DNA of 64,000 bases from an uncultured Candidatus Saccharibacteria bacterium. Lineage in GTDB: Bacteria; Patescibacteriota; Minisyncoccia; Phycocordibacterales; DATDWN01. The notes beneath the pieces were generated by a model. That model was not told where the DNA came from and did no database searches. It saw only the letters and a list, made by a program, of their open reading frames with translations. Shown one piece after another: positions 34,369 through 44,000 of this stretch (positions within the stretch are counted from its first letter, which is position 1; every line of letters starts with the position of its first letter). Where the stretch lies: assembly GCA_964426735.1 (NCBI GenBank), contig CAYRRP010000002.1, positions 70,582 to 134,581 of the forward strand. The letters are read 5' to 3'. The translations under genes were made by a program, and so were the position numbers.

Positions 34369-36024
34369 ATGACTCAAAAGGATGCACTCGAAATTCTAAA
34401 GATGGGACGTAATGTTTTTTTGACTGGTCCAGCAGGAAGTGGAAAGACGTTTGTGCTCAATGAATACATCTCGTATCTCAAACAATCAGGTGTAGAAGTC
34501 GCCATCACTGCATCGACCGGTATCGCATCCACTCATATCAACGGCATGACGATTCACGCATGGTCTGGTCTTGGAATCAAAAGTTCGCTTTCAGACTACG
34601 ATCTAGAGAACATGATGGAAAAGCAGTATCTCTATAAGCGATTTGAAAAAACACAAGTGCTCGTGATTGATGAGATTTCAATGCTTTCAGGAAATCAGCT
34701 TACGATGGTTGAGTGGATTTGTCGTACGTTTAAACATAATGATAAACCATTTGGAGGTATGCAGGTGATACTGTGTGGAGATTTTTTCCAGCTGCCTCCG
34801 ATTACAAAATCTTCTTTTAGCGAAAGTACGGGAAATGATTTTGCATATGAATCTGATGTGTGGAAATTTGCAAAATTTACTATCTGCTACCTCTCAGAGC
34901 AACACCGACAGAAAGATGGGGACTATCTCACCGTGCTTAATCAGATACGATCAAATAAAGTGAGTAAAGATACTATTGAACTTTTACGTTCACGAGAAAA
35001 TGCTGAACCTGATGTTGATGTACCTGCTACAAAACTTTTTACCCACAATGTAGATGTGGACACTATCAATCATAAACATCTTGATACATTAACTTCAGCT
35101 ACAAAAGAATTTAGTATGTCTTCTAAAGGTAAGGACTTTCTCATTGAGGGTTTGAAGCGCTCATGTCTTGCACCAGAGCGTCTACGACTCAAAGAGGGTG
35201 CACGAGTGATGTTTGTAAAAAACAATTATGAAGTTGGATTTGTAAATGGAACTCTTGGTGTGGTTACTGGTTTTAATACGTTTGGTGAGCCGGTGGTGCG
35301 CACAGTGGGAGGTAAGCTTATCTCTGTGGTGCCTATGTCATGGAGTATTGAAGAAGAAGGGAAGATAAAAGCGGAAATCACTCAGCTTCCACTGCGTCTT
35401 GCATGGGCTATTACGGTGCACAAGAGTCAGGGTATGAGTTTGGATGCGATGGAAGTGGATCTCTCAAAGTCTTTTGTGAAAGGGATGGGTTATGTTGCGC
35501 TTTCACGTGTACGTTCGCTTTCAGGTATGAAGCTTCTTGGTTTCAACACGATGTCCTTAGAAGTAGACCCTTCTGTACTTGAGTTTGATGAGGAACTTAA
35601 AGAGGTTTCAGATACTGCGGTAGAGGAGCTCAGAGGTATGTCTCTCGATGAGCGAAAGAAGATTCAAAAAGAATTTCTTTCTCGAGTGGCGCCTGCAGAG
35701 AAAGAGAAAAAAGAACCGAAGAAAAGTGCTCGAGAAATCACCAAAGATATGCTTGCTGAAGGTCTTGGACTTTCTGATATTGCGGATGCACGAGGAGTGA
35801 AGCAAGATACGATCGTGGCGCATATAGAAGAGCTCATCGAAGAGGGTGCAGATCTTGATATTGATCATTTGAAAAAAGAGTTTGCATACAAAGAGCTCGA
35901 TACCATCATTGATGCATTTGATACGTGCGATACCACTACGCTTTCTCCAGTGTATAATTATTTAACGAAGAAAAAGAAAAAACCGACGTATCTTAAATTA
36001 CGAATTGCTCGATTGTTTTTGTAA
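34369..36024 (+). CDS. ATP-dependent DNA helicase, Pif1/RecD2-like (AAA_30 family)
   Basis: Walker A GPAGSGKT. Walker B VIDEISML. Motif ITVHKSQGMSLD. C-terminal helix-hairpin-helix-like tail. Confidence 0.8.
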   Translation: MTQKDALEILKMGRNVFLTGPAGSGKTFVLNEYISYLKQSGVEVAITASTGIASTHINGMTIHAWSGLGIKSSLSDYDLENMMEKQYLYKRFEKTQVLVIDEISMLSGNQLTMVEWICRTFKHNDKPFGGMQVILCGDFFQLPPITKSSFSESTGNDFAYESDVWKFAKFTICYLSEQHRQKDGDYLTVLNQIRSNKVSKDTIELLRSRENAEPDVDVPATKLFTHNVDVDTINHKHLDTLTSATKEFSMSSKGKDFLIEGLKRSCLAPERLRLKEGARVMFVKNNYEVGFVNGTLGVVTGFNTFGEPVVRTVGGKLISVVPMSWSIEEEGKIKAEITQLPLRLAWAITVHKSQGMSLDAMEVDLSKSFVKGMGYVALSRVRSLSGMKLLGFNTMSLEVDPSVLEFDEELKEVSDTAVEELRGMSLDERKKIQKEFLSRVAPAEKEKKEPKKSAREITKDMLAEGLGLSDIADARGVKQDTIVAHIEELIEEGADLDIDHLKKEFAYKELDTIIDAFDTCDTTTLSPVYNYLTKKKKKPTYLKLRIARLFL

Positions 36025-36046
36025 ACAACACATCTCTTTCTCCTCA

Positions 36047-36324
36047 CAAGTCTCTTGGGGCAATCTATCTAGCCCTGGTGGGCTAGCGAACTGCTCGCCA
36101 ATCAAGAAAAATATTTTCGACGTCACATCTCAGAAATAAGAAAGATTACTTCCTTATTTCACTCGAAGTTAGTCGAAATAATCGACTTCTGACGGCTACC
36201 TTCTCGCAAACTCCTCGTTGAGTACAACTTCGTCAAACAGTGCTTCAGGTTACGCCGTCTCACCTGAGTACAGGTGTCAGTCGTAATTTTCTAATTGGCT
36301 GCGCAAGGCCCCAAGAAACTTATG
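36047..36324. repeat. Conserved structured element family 2, copy 1 (long form with ~190-nt variable insert)
   Basis: Outer stem AAGTCTCTTGGGGC / GCCCCAAGAAACTT. Conserved 5' block GCAATCTATCTAGCCCTGGTGGGCTAGCGAACTGCTCG..TCAAGAAAA. Conserved 3' block TAATTTTCTAA..CTGCGCAAGGCC. Second copy at 51169-51303. Confidence 0.65.
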
Positions 36325-36358
36325 ATTCGACGAGATTTGATATACTAGGTTATATATT

Positions 36359-36628
36359 ATGAAAGCTAAAACCTTCACAGAAAAAGTATTTGAGGTGGTG
36401 AAAAAAATCCCGAAAGGGAAGGTTTTGACGTATGGGGAGGTGGCGAAGAGAGCGGGGAATCAAAAGGCGGTGCGTGCGGTGGGAACGATTATGAAGAAAA
36501 ATTTTAATCCAGATATTCCATGTCATCGAGTTATACGTTCTGATGGGAAGGTTGGGGAATATAATAGAGGAGGTGCTACTGTAAAAGAGCGGATTTTGCG
36601 TTCTGAGGGTTATGTAGCGTATAATTAA
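36359..36628 (+). CDS. ogt: Methylated-DNA--protein-cysteine methyltransferase, short single-domain form
   Basis: Active-site PCHRV motif and the MGMT DNA-binding fold (YGEVAKRAGNQKAVRAVG). Confidence 0.8.
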   Translation: MKAKTFTEKVFEVVKKIPKGKVLTYGEVAKRAGNQKAVRAVGTIMKKNFNPDIPCHRVIRSDGKVGEYNRGGATVKERILRSEGYVAYN

Positions 36629-36653
36629 CACATATTAATTTATATATTATTTT

Positions 36654-37088
36654 ATGACTGATTTTATTGGATTGATTAAATTACTTAGTTTACCAGCTCT
36701 GTTGGGAGGTATCGTATTATTTGTCTTTGGATATCTCTGGTATTCAGTTGTATTTAAAAAGTATTTTATGAAGCTTCGAGAGGAGGCGGGTATGATAGGG
36801 GAAGCTCCCACTAAACAGCAGATGATCAAAACTCTCGGTATTAAGCTCATCCTCGATATCCTTACTGCTGCATCATTTACTCTTGTGGCATATCAAGCGT
36901 TATCATATCGTGTTACTGCACTTATTACATTTGTTATATGGATTGGGTTTACTTTCCCATCAATCATGAGTGCGTACCTTTGGGACAACCGATCATTTAA
37001 ATACACAGCATTTGAAATCATATTCAGTCTCGCATCGTTTGCTGTGCTTGCACTCGCAATACGGTCTATATTTTTTTATCTAATGTAA
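36654..37088 (+). CDS. Integral membrane protein (4 TM), function unknown
   Basis: Hydrophobic ORF. Confidence 0.5.
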   Translation: MTDFIGLIKLLSLPALLGGIVLFVFGYLWYSVVFKKYFMKLREEAGMIGEAPTKQQMIKTLGIKLILDILTAASFTLVAYQALSYRVTALITFVIWIGFTFPSIMSAYLWDNRSFKYTAFEIIFSLASFAVLALAIRSIFFYLM

Positions 37089-37097
37089 AAAATTGGT

Positions 37098-37544
37098 ATG
37101 AAGTATTGGCTCATCAAAAGTGAACCAGATTGCTACTCAATAGACGACTTAAAACAAGACAAGGTGACTTCGTGGACTGGTGTGAGAAATTACCAAGCGC
37201 GTAATTTCATACGCGACATGTCCAAAGGAGACCTTGTTTTGTTCTATCACTCTGGAGCAAACCCTCCGGCTATTGCAGGTATCTGCACAGTGGCAAGTGC
37301 TCCGTACGGAGATATAACTGCACTCGATCCAAAGAACGATCACTTCGATCCGAAAGCTACAAAGGAAAATCCAATCTGGTCTGCAGTCGATATGCAATAC
37401 GTAAAGACTCTCAAAGAACCTGTTACTTTGCCTCAAATCAAAAACAACCCAAAGCTTTCCGACATGCTCGTTGCTCAGCAGGGAAGTCGGCTCTCAATAA
37501 TGCCGGTGAGTGAGAAGCATTTTAAGCTTGTTTCTGGAGTTTAA
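37098..37544 (+). CDS. EVE (PUA-like) domain protein
   Basis: Motif MKYWLIKSEPDCYSIDDL and DLVLFYHSG. Its 3' end is duplicated at 40091-40139. Confidence 0.8.
   Translation: MKYWLIKSEPDCYSIDDLKQDKVTSWTGVRNYQARNFIRDMSKGDLVLFYHSGANPPAIAGICTVASAPYGDITALDPKNDHFDPKATKENPIWSAVDMQYVKTLKEPVTLPQIKNNPKLSDMLVAQQGSRLSIMPVSEKHFKLVSGV
37480..37528 (+). repeat. Direct repeat 1 (49 nt, 48/49 identical to 40091-40139), comprising the 3' end of the EVE gene
   Basis: Sequence AGGGAAGTCGGCTCTCAATAATGCCGGTGAGTGAGAAGCATTTTAAGCT. Confidence 0.8.
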
Positions 37545-37605
37545 ATTCAAACCTTTACATATAATGATACGTGTGGTATCTTATTTTTAGGAGGCGTACA
37601 TCGCT

Positions 37606-38208
37606 ATGAAGCTATTAACCAGGGGAAGTCGTAATGCTTTCTCATGCGTTCTCATTGGATCTGCTTTATTGATCCTTTTTGGGTTGGTAATCGACAAAAG
37701 TCAGCCACCCGTCGGTGAATTCTGGAAGACCACGTCTACAATCTTTCAACTTGTGGGTATCGGAACTGTCATTTTTGCAGGAATCCTGCTCGACTGGGTT
37801 CCTGTCACTTCGTTGGACCTGTACCAGGCTCTCCAGCAGACTGTTCGTGATGATGAAAAGATGTTTGCTATGATGGAGGGAGTGATAGTTAAGCAGGTTA
37901 AGTTCTTACAGATGACGGTTCTGGAGAAACTCGATTATACATTCTTTCTACTGAATGGTATCGGGCTCATCATCTACGCCGTCCGTGATTTTCTTGGAAT
38001 GATACCTGAAATAGTAATTCCTATGGCAAACAGCGATCGATTTGTGGTGTCGCATTGGGCAAGTGCCCTGTTTACTTTTCTCATTGCGGTCGTCTGTTTT
38101 CTACTTGCGCACACAGTGCGTATGAGATTCACAGACAAGTGGGAAGAGCGTTTCAAGATCTTATTGAAGGAGGTCGAGGATGACCTAGGGAATCTTCCGA
38201 GTCGGTAG
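37606..38208 (+). CDS. Membrane protein (4-5 TM), function unknown
   Basis: Hydrophobic ORF inside the direct-repeat-bounded island. Confidence 0.5.
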   Translation: MKLLTRGSRNAFSCVLIGSALLILFGLVIDKSQPPVGEFWKTTSTIFQLVGIGTVIFAGILLDWVPVTSLDLYQALQQTVRDDEKMFAMMEGVIVKQVKFLQMTVLEKLDYTFFLLNGIGLIIYAVRDFLGMIPEIVIPMANSDRFVVSHWASALFTFLIAVVCFLLAHTVRMRFTDKWEERFKILLKEVEDDLGNLPSR

Positions 38209-38228
38209 TTCTTGTACAACAAAAAATA

Positions 38229-38327
38229 GTGGGCGAGGTCTGAGATCTCGCCCTTCTATCAAAGTATTTTTTAGAAGAATATTTTGATGGGAGTAAAATC
38301 CACGTTCTTTAAAAGGAGAAAAACCAT
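38229..38327 (+). repeat. Leader module 1: GGGCGAG hairpin + conserved TGGGAGTAAAATCCACGTTCTTT-AAAGGAG leader
   Basis: Near-identical module repeated at 39157-39257. Both lie immediately 5' of XRE-family genes. Confidence 0.6.
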
Positions 38328-39138
38328 GAAAGCAACGAGAAGTGTATTAATTGGCTTTAGGAAACAGCACGGTCTTTCTCAACAAGAATTGGGAAGACGA
38401 GTTGCATATCAAATGGGTTTAGGATGGTCCGATGTGGCTTGTCAGAAACGGATTTCCAACTGGGAGTCTGGATCATCTGAGCCGAATGAACAAGAGCGAA
38501 GTGCGCTAGCCAAAGTCCTTGGGGTGACTCGAGAGCAAATCGACGCAAATCTAGGGAAGACATCTCAGGACAGCATATTCCATTGGTTGGCGAGAGATGA
38601 TGCGGAACCTTCATTTGTAGGAATCTGCTGCACTTCGGGCCCAAGGGAAATACATGATATGGGAATGTTAAGTTCTCTACAGAAGGGTATCGCTGCTGGA
38701 AAAATTTCGGTCGCGATGTTTATTCCTGGGAACCGCATTCCAGACACTGGTATTGATAGTGGTATACTAAATGGTCATATCGCTGGTGTTGAAAAGGATG
38801 TAATAGAATACTACCGGTGTTTGGTTGCTTCTTCGAAAGATACCTGTGATCGAGTACAGGTGTATCAACCAACGATCAATCTTTCGATGCCGTTTCCGCC
38901 GATGATGAGTTGTAATTATCTCATTGCATATCGCGACAGAGGTACGGTTCAATCAAGGGTGTATTTCTGGGTTCGCACGGCGCGCTTCGATGATCTAATG
39001 CTTGTTGATGCTGATCATACGCCACGGACTAGCATTTGGCAACACTACTTTGATCCAGTTTTCAGCACTTGGTACAACAAAAAAGTGCTTTCTAGCGGAG
39101 GTGGGTTTTGGAAATCAACTCCGATTGCAAAGCTGTAG
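38326..39138 (+). CDS. XRE-family HTH transcriptional regulator with uncharacterised ~190-aa C-terminal domain
   Basis: Motif LSQQELGRRVA...ISNWESGSSEPNEQERSALAKVLGV (Cro/C1 HTH). RBS AAAGGAG. Start set at MKATRSV. Confidence 0.65.
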   Translation: MKATRSVLIGFRKQHGLSQQELGRRVAYQMGLGWSDVACQKRISNWESGSSEPNEQERSALAKVLGVTREQIDANLGKTSQDSIFHWLARDDAEPSFVGICCTSGPREIHDMGMLSSLQKGIAAGKISVAMFIPGNRIPDTGIDSGILNGHIAGVEKDVIEYYRCLVASSKDTCDRVQVYQPTINLSMPFPPMMSCNYLIAYRDRGTVQSRVYFWVRTARFDDLMLVDADHTPRTSIWQHYFDPVFSTWYNKKVLSSGGGFWKSTPIAKL

Positions 39139-39156
39139 TATTTCTGTTCTCTTTGG

Positions 39157-39257
39157 GCGAGTCTGTACGACTCGCCCTTCCATTCAAGATTATTTTAAAA
39201 AGTAGTTTTGAATGGGAGTAAAATCAACGTTCTTTTGAAAGGAGGGAGAGGTTAATG
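39157..39257 (+). repeat. Leader module 2 (duplicate of module 1)
   Basis: Hairpin GGGCGAGTC-TGTAC-GACTCGCCC followed by ATGGGAGTAAAATCAACGTTCTTTTGAAAGGAG. Confidence 0.6.
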
Positions 39258-39992
39258 AGTATTCTCGATCATGAAATTATGAGACGGCTCTCGTTTAATC
39301 AAGCGGAGTTGGCGCGTATTCTTCGCATAACAAGGCAGGCGGTCTCAATCGGTATCAAAAAGGAAGAGTCGTATCTGAGTAGTAACAATCTTCTTAGAAT
39401 CTACGACACATTCATTATTTACGGAGACCGACGAGCTCAAATTGTTGAGGAAATATTAAAGAAACAGTTTGGCGTCACGCCGAATTATCAGACCCCTTCT
39501 AGCATAAGTAGTAGCCCAGAGGGATGGCCTGAAGCAGAAGAAGTGTGGTTATTTGCGGAGAATCCGCTTGAACTCACAATTCCTGCACATGCTTTCCTTA
39601 TGAGAAAGCAATTTGCGTCCGCTGAAAAAACTATTGTGTATTTCGTTGGAACACCAAATATCGGTCATCAGCTCGCTCAACGTTTGAGTTACGAAGTCGG
39701 AGCAGTTAATCGGGAAGGAAAGCAGTCTGCCAAAATCTACATCGTTCACTGTACGAGTATGGTGATGATAATGAGTTGTATCTTCTTCAACCCTCGAACA
39801 CAGGTGAAGGGATATTTCAAAAACAGAGTAGGAACCTTCACGATGATGCCTGAGCAGGAATCACGATCTATATGTAGCGCTATCTTGACTGCTGGTGTGC
39901 GTGTCGAAGAAAGTAATTTTTTTCCTCAAGGAACAAGTAGTTCAGTTCTGTGGAATGGTCTGTTTTTTGAGGTTATTCATCAGTTCAAATGA
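39255..39992 (+). CDS. HTH (XRE-like) regulator with uncharacterised C-terminal domain
   Basis: N-terminal segment LSFNQAELARILRITRQAVSIGI (HTH). 245 aa. Confidence 0.6.
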   Translation: MSILDHEIMRRLSFNQAELARILRITRQAVSIGIKKEESYLSSNNLLRIYDTFIIYGDRRAQIVEEILKKQFGVTPNYQTPSSISSSPEGWPEAEEVWLFAENPLELTIPAHAFLMRKQFASAEKTIVYFVGTPNIGHQLAQRLSYEVGAVNREGKQSAKIYIVHCTSMVMIMSCIFFNPRTQVKGYFKNRVGTFTMMPEQESRSICSAILTAGVRVEESNFFPQGTSSSVLWNGLFFEVIHQFK

Positions 39993-40090
39993 TTATTTCG
40001 TCGTACTTGTTTGAAGCCACCTCAAGAGCCGCTCGCTCCTCGGGCGGTTTTTCTTTTGCAAAATCTTGTATGTTTTATTGTAAGCGTGGA

Positions 40091-40139
40091 AAGGGAAGTC
40101 GGCTTTCAATAATGCCGGTGAGTGAGAAGCATTTTAAGC
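40091..40139 (+). repeat. Direct repeat 2 (copy of the EVE gene 3' end), retains an open frame ...GSRLSIMPVSEKHFKLII*
   Basis: 48/49 identity to 37480-37528. Confidence 0.8.
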
Positions 40140-40149
40140 TCATTATCTA

Positions 40150-40171
40150 AAATTCCCCTAGGGGAATTTTA
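40150..40171. promoter_or_regulatory. Perfect 22-bp palindrome AAAATTCCCCTAGGGGAATTTT (operator or terminator-like); half-site GGGGAATTTTA recurs at 40578-40588
   Basis: Self-complementary 22-mer immediately after DR2 and upstream of the RHH gene promoter. Confidence 0.45.
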
Positions 40172-40226
40172 GTATGCATAACTGGGTAAAGTTATCCACG
40201 TCATAGGTTGGGCTTATGGAAAACAG

Positions 40227-40255
40227 TTGACTTATTTGTATAAGTGAAGTATTGT
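40227..40255 (+). promoter_or_regulatory. Sigma70 promoter TTGACT-17-TATTGT for the RHH gene
   Basis: Consensus -35 with optimal spacing. Confidence 0.55.
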
Positions 40256-40278
40256 CACGGTAGGAAAGGGGGTAAATA

Positions 40279-40488
40279 ATGCCAAAAAACCTATGGAAAA
40301 TAGTGCAAATTAAAATGCACGAAGAGGATCTCCGGCGCTTAAATTTACTCGCTATAAAAGACAAGACAAGTGCGGAGTATCAGATTCGCTTTGCTGTGCA
40401 AGAACACTTGGCACAAAGAAAGTCTGATCTAGAACAACCCAAAAAAACTAATTCCAAAAAAGTACTCAACTTCAGACCTAAGAATTAA
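40279..40488 (+). CDS. Ribbon-helix-helix (CopG/Arc/MetJ-like) DNA-binding protein
   Basis: N-terminal beta-strand plus two helices (KIVQIKMHEEDLRRLNLLAIKDKTSAEYQIRFAVQEHL). RBS AGGAAAGGGGG. Confidence 0.55.
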   Translation: MPKNLWKIVQIKMHEEDLRRLNLLAIKDKTSAEYQIRFAVQEHLAQRKSDLEQPKKTNSKKVLNFRPKN

Positions 40489-40878
40489 ATTGCCTATACT
40501 CAAGATATAATTTCAATTTTGCAGTAAAGAAGTTGCCCGCAAGTCAAGTCATCCTAAGAGGTGGCTTTTATTTTTCCTGGGGAATTTTAAGTCCTGCTAT
40601 TGAAGAGATGAAGTGGGTGCCGTAGAATTATATTGATAAATAGATTACTGGTTTTGGTCGGCAATTTTCTGTATCTGAAAGAAATATGAGATGTATACGT
40701 ATATAACTGTGCTTGCCCGCCGTAGCTCTTTTATAAAGTGCAAAAGTGGGGATAACTCGCTTGACGTGTAGGGTGTGAAATAAGCAGTTTTTTTGGTAAA
40801 TTACGTTTCTGTTGAGCCATTATTTGTCGAAAAAAGATATACACAGCTTTTCTTGACTTTTATTTGCTTATTTGAATG

Positions 40879-40908
40879 TTGACAGAGGCACCGTCTCTAC
40901 CGTATACT
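40879..40908 (+). promoter_or_regulatory. Sigma70 promoter TTGACA-18-TATACT upstream of rpoB
   Basis: Consensus hexamers about 185 nt upstream of the rpoB start. Confidence 0.65.
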
Positions 40909-41019
40909 GTATCTTAACTTCGGCAAAAGCGATTGAGTCATGGCCATGTCGCGGAAGGGGCATTACAAAACAGTCTCTTTACTATTTTGCATACTATTCG
41001 CAAATAACAACTTAAGAGT

Positions 41020-41060
41020 AAAAAACAAACCTTTGGGGAAAGGTTTGTTTTTGGTGTTTT
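41020..41060 (+). promoter_or_regulatory. Leader attenuator/terminator hairpin AAACAAACCTTT-GGGG-AAAGGTTTGTTT + T-run, 30 nt upstream of rpoB
   Basis: Perfect 12-bp stem with a GGGG loop, followed by TTTTGGTGTTTTGTAATTTTTTT. Lies between the promoter and the rpoB start codon. Confidence 0.6.
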
Positions 41061-41090
41061 GTAATTTTTTTATGAGGTATTTATTAAATA

Positions 41091-44000
41091 GTGCACAAAA
41101 ACATGTCGCAACACACAACGCACAACGGTCCACGACCTAAAAAGTTTTTCGGACGGTTCAAGAAACCGCTTGCAGAAACACCAAACTTCGTTGAGCCACA
41201 GCTCGACTCATTTAAATGGTTGATAGAAGAAGGTCTTAAAGAGGTCTTTAAGGAATTCTCTTCTATTAAAGATTACTCAGAGAAAAAATTCCAGCTTGAT
41301 TTTACAGGCTTCGAATTAGCGTTACCTAAGTATGATGAATATCATGCAAAGGAAAACAAACTTTCATACGAAGCTCCACTTAAAGTAAAAGTGAAGCTCA
41401 AGAATCATATCGTTGGTTCAGAAAAAGAGCAGGAAATCTTCATGGCTGATTTCCCACTTATGACATCTCACGGTACCTTTATTATCTCAGGTATTGAGCG
41501 TGTTATCGTACCTCAGCTTGCTCGTTCATATGGAGTATTCTTTACTGCAAATGAAGTGCGCGGACGCCGACTCTTCGGTGCAAAGGTAATCCCAGGACGA
41601 GGAGCATGGGTAGAAGTAGAGTCAGATGCAGACGGAGTGATCTATGTACGTATTGACCGAAAACGAAAGTTCCCGGTATCAACACTTCTTCGAGTATTTG
41701 GTGCTCACACTGATTCTGATATCAACAAACTTTTTGCTGATAATGAATTTGCTAAACAATCTATTGCTAAAACAATTGCAAAAGATACCGCAAAGACAAT
41801 CGAAGATGCATACATCGAAATTCACAAACGACTTCGAGATGGAGACTTGGCAACTGCTGAAAACGCAAAGGAATTTGTCGATGCACTTTTCAACGAAGAG
41901 CGATACGACCTTTCACCAGTAGGACGTTTCCGATTCAACCAGCGATTTGGTAAAAAACTCGATGAAAAAGAAAAAGCACGAAAAACTCTCTCTATAGATG
42001 ATATTGCGACTATCGTCACTCATATTGCCCACCTCAATAACACCCCACACTCACAGCCAGATGATATCGATCACCTTGGTTCACGACGTGTACGATTTGT
42101 TGGAGAGCTCTTCCAGCAGAAAATCCGAGTTGGTATGGCTCAGATCAAACGAAACATTCAAAACCGAATGTCTACTATTGATACTGATGTGACATTGCCA
42201 GTTCAGTTTATCTCACCGAAACCACTTCAAGCGAGAATCAAAGAATTCTTCACCACAAACCAGTTGTCACAATTCATGCTCCAGGAAAACCCACTTGCAG
42301 AAGTGGAGCATTTGCGAACACTCTCTGCGCTTGGTCCGGGAGGTTTGAACCGTTCTCGAGCAGGGTATGAAGTACGTGACGTACACCACTCTCACTACGG
42401 ACGACTTTGTCCGATCCATACACCAGAAGGTCCAAACATTGGGTTGGTACTTCGTCTTTCAGTGTATGCTCGATTGAATCACTTTGGAATGATTGAGACT
42501 CCGTATGCAAAAGTAAAGAATGGAAAAATTACTGCAGATATTGCATATCTTAATGCGTCTGAAGAAGAAAATTTTGCTATTGCTCACGCCGCAACACGAT
42601 ATGATAAAGAAGGAAATATTCTTGAAGATGTTGTAGAAGTGCGTATCAACGGTGAACCATCAACAATTGATAAAACAAAAGTTGATTATATTGACGTTGC
42701 GACAAACCAGGCGTTTTCTATTGCAACAAACATGATTCCGTTTGTAAACCACAACGACTCTACTCGAGCGCTGATGGGATCAAACATGCAGAAACAAGCA
42801 ACACCGTGCGTGGTACCAGAAGCTCCACTTGTAGGAACAGGTATCGAAGAGTCAGCGGTGAAAGATACAGGACGACTCGTACTCGCGACTGAAGCAGGAA
42901 CTGTCTCATATGTAGATGGAGGTTTGATTAAAGTAAAAAGCGAAAAAGGAAAAGAGACTGAATACAAGTTGGTAAAATTCTCACGAACAAACGGCTTTAC
43001 CGCATTCCATCAGCGACCTTCAGTCAATGTAGGTGATACGGTAAAGAAAGGTAGTGTACTTGCAGATACCTCAGCATCAGAACATGGACAAATGGCAATC
43101 GGTCAAAATATCTTGATTGCATTCATGTCATGGTCTGGTTCAAACTATGAAGACGCGATTATCCTTTCAGAACGACTTGTAAAGAAATCTAAATTTACTT
43201 CAATTCATATTGAAGAGTTTGTAGTAAATGTGCGAGATACAAAACTTGGTCCAGAAGTAACAACTTGCGATATTCCAAACGTAGGTGAAAGTAAACTCAA
43301 AAACTTGGCAGAAGACGGTATTGTACGAGTCGGTGCTGAAGTGCGACCGGGAGATATTTTGGTTGGAAAAGTAACTCCAAAAGGAGAAACACAACTTACT
43401 CCAGAAGAGCGTCTCCTTCGATCACTTTTCGGTGAAAAGGCAAAAGATGTAAAAGATACATCAAAACGAATGGAAGGTGGTAAACGAGGGCGAGTAATCA
43501 ATGTACAAGTATTCTCACGAGAAAAAGGAGATAAACTTGATTCAGGTATCATCAAACGAATCCATATTGAAGTTGCAGAACTTCGAAATGTATCTGTAGG
43601 TGACAAGCTCGCGGGACGACACGGAAACAAAGGAGTTATTTCAAAGATTCTTCCAGAAGAAGATATGCCGTATATGGCAAATGGTACTCCAATCGACATG
43701 ATTCTTACACCACTCGGTGTGCCATCACGTATGAACTTGGGACAGATTCTTGAGCTTCACTTGGGTCTTGCAGCAAATACATTAAACTATCAGGCAATCG
43801 TACCTCCATTTGCAGGTGCGACCGATACTGAAATTAAAGATGAACTTGTAAAAGCAGGCTTCCCAGCTACCGGAAAGATTCCATTGTATGATGGACGAAC
43901 AGGAGAAAAATTTGAACAAGATATTGCGGTTGGATATATGTATATCTTGAAACTTCACCACATGGTTGAAGATAAGATTCACATGCGATCAATCGGGCCA

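Noticed and set aside
43205-43699. 164-aa antisense ORF inside rpoB, and similar antisense ORFs in rpoC, dnaE and the UvrD-like gene
   Set aside because: These lie fully within strongly supported essential genes on the opposite strand, with no RBS. They are typical spurious antisense frames.
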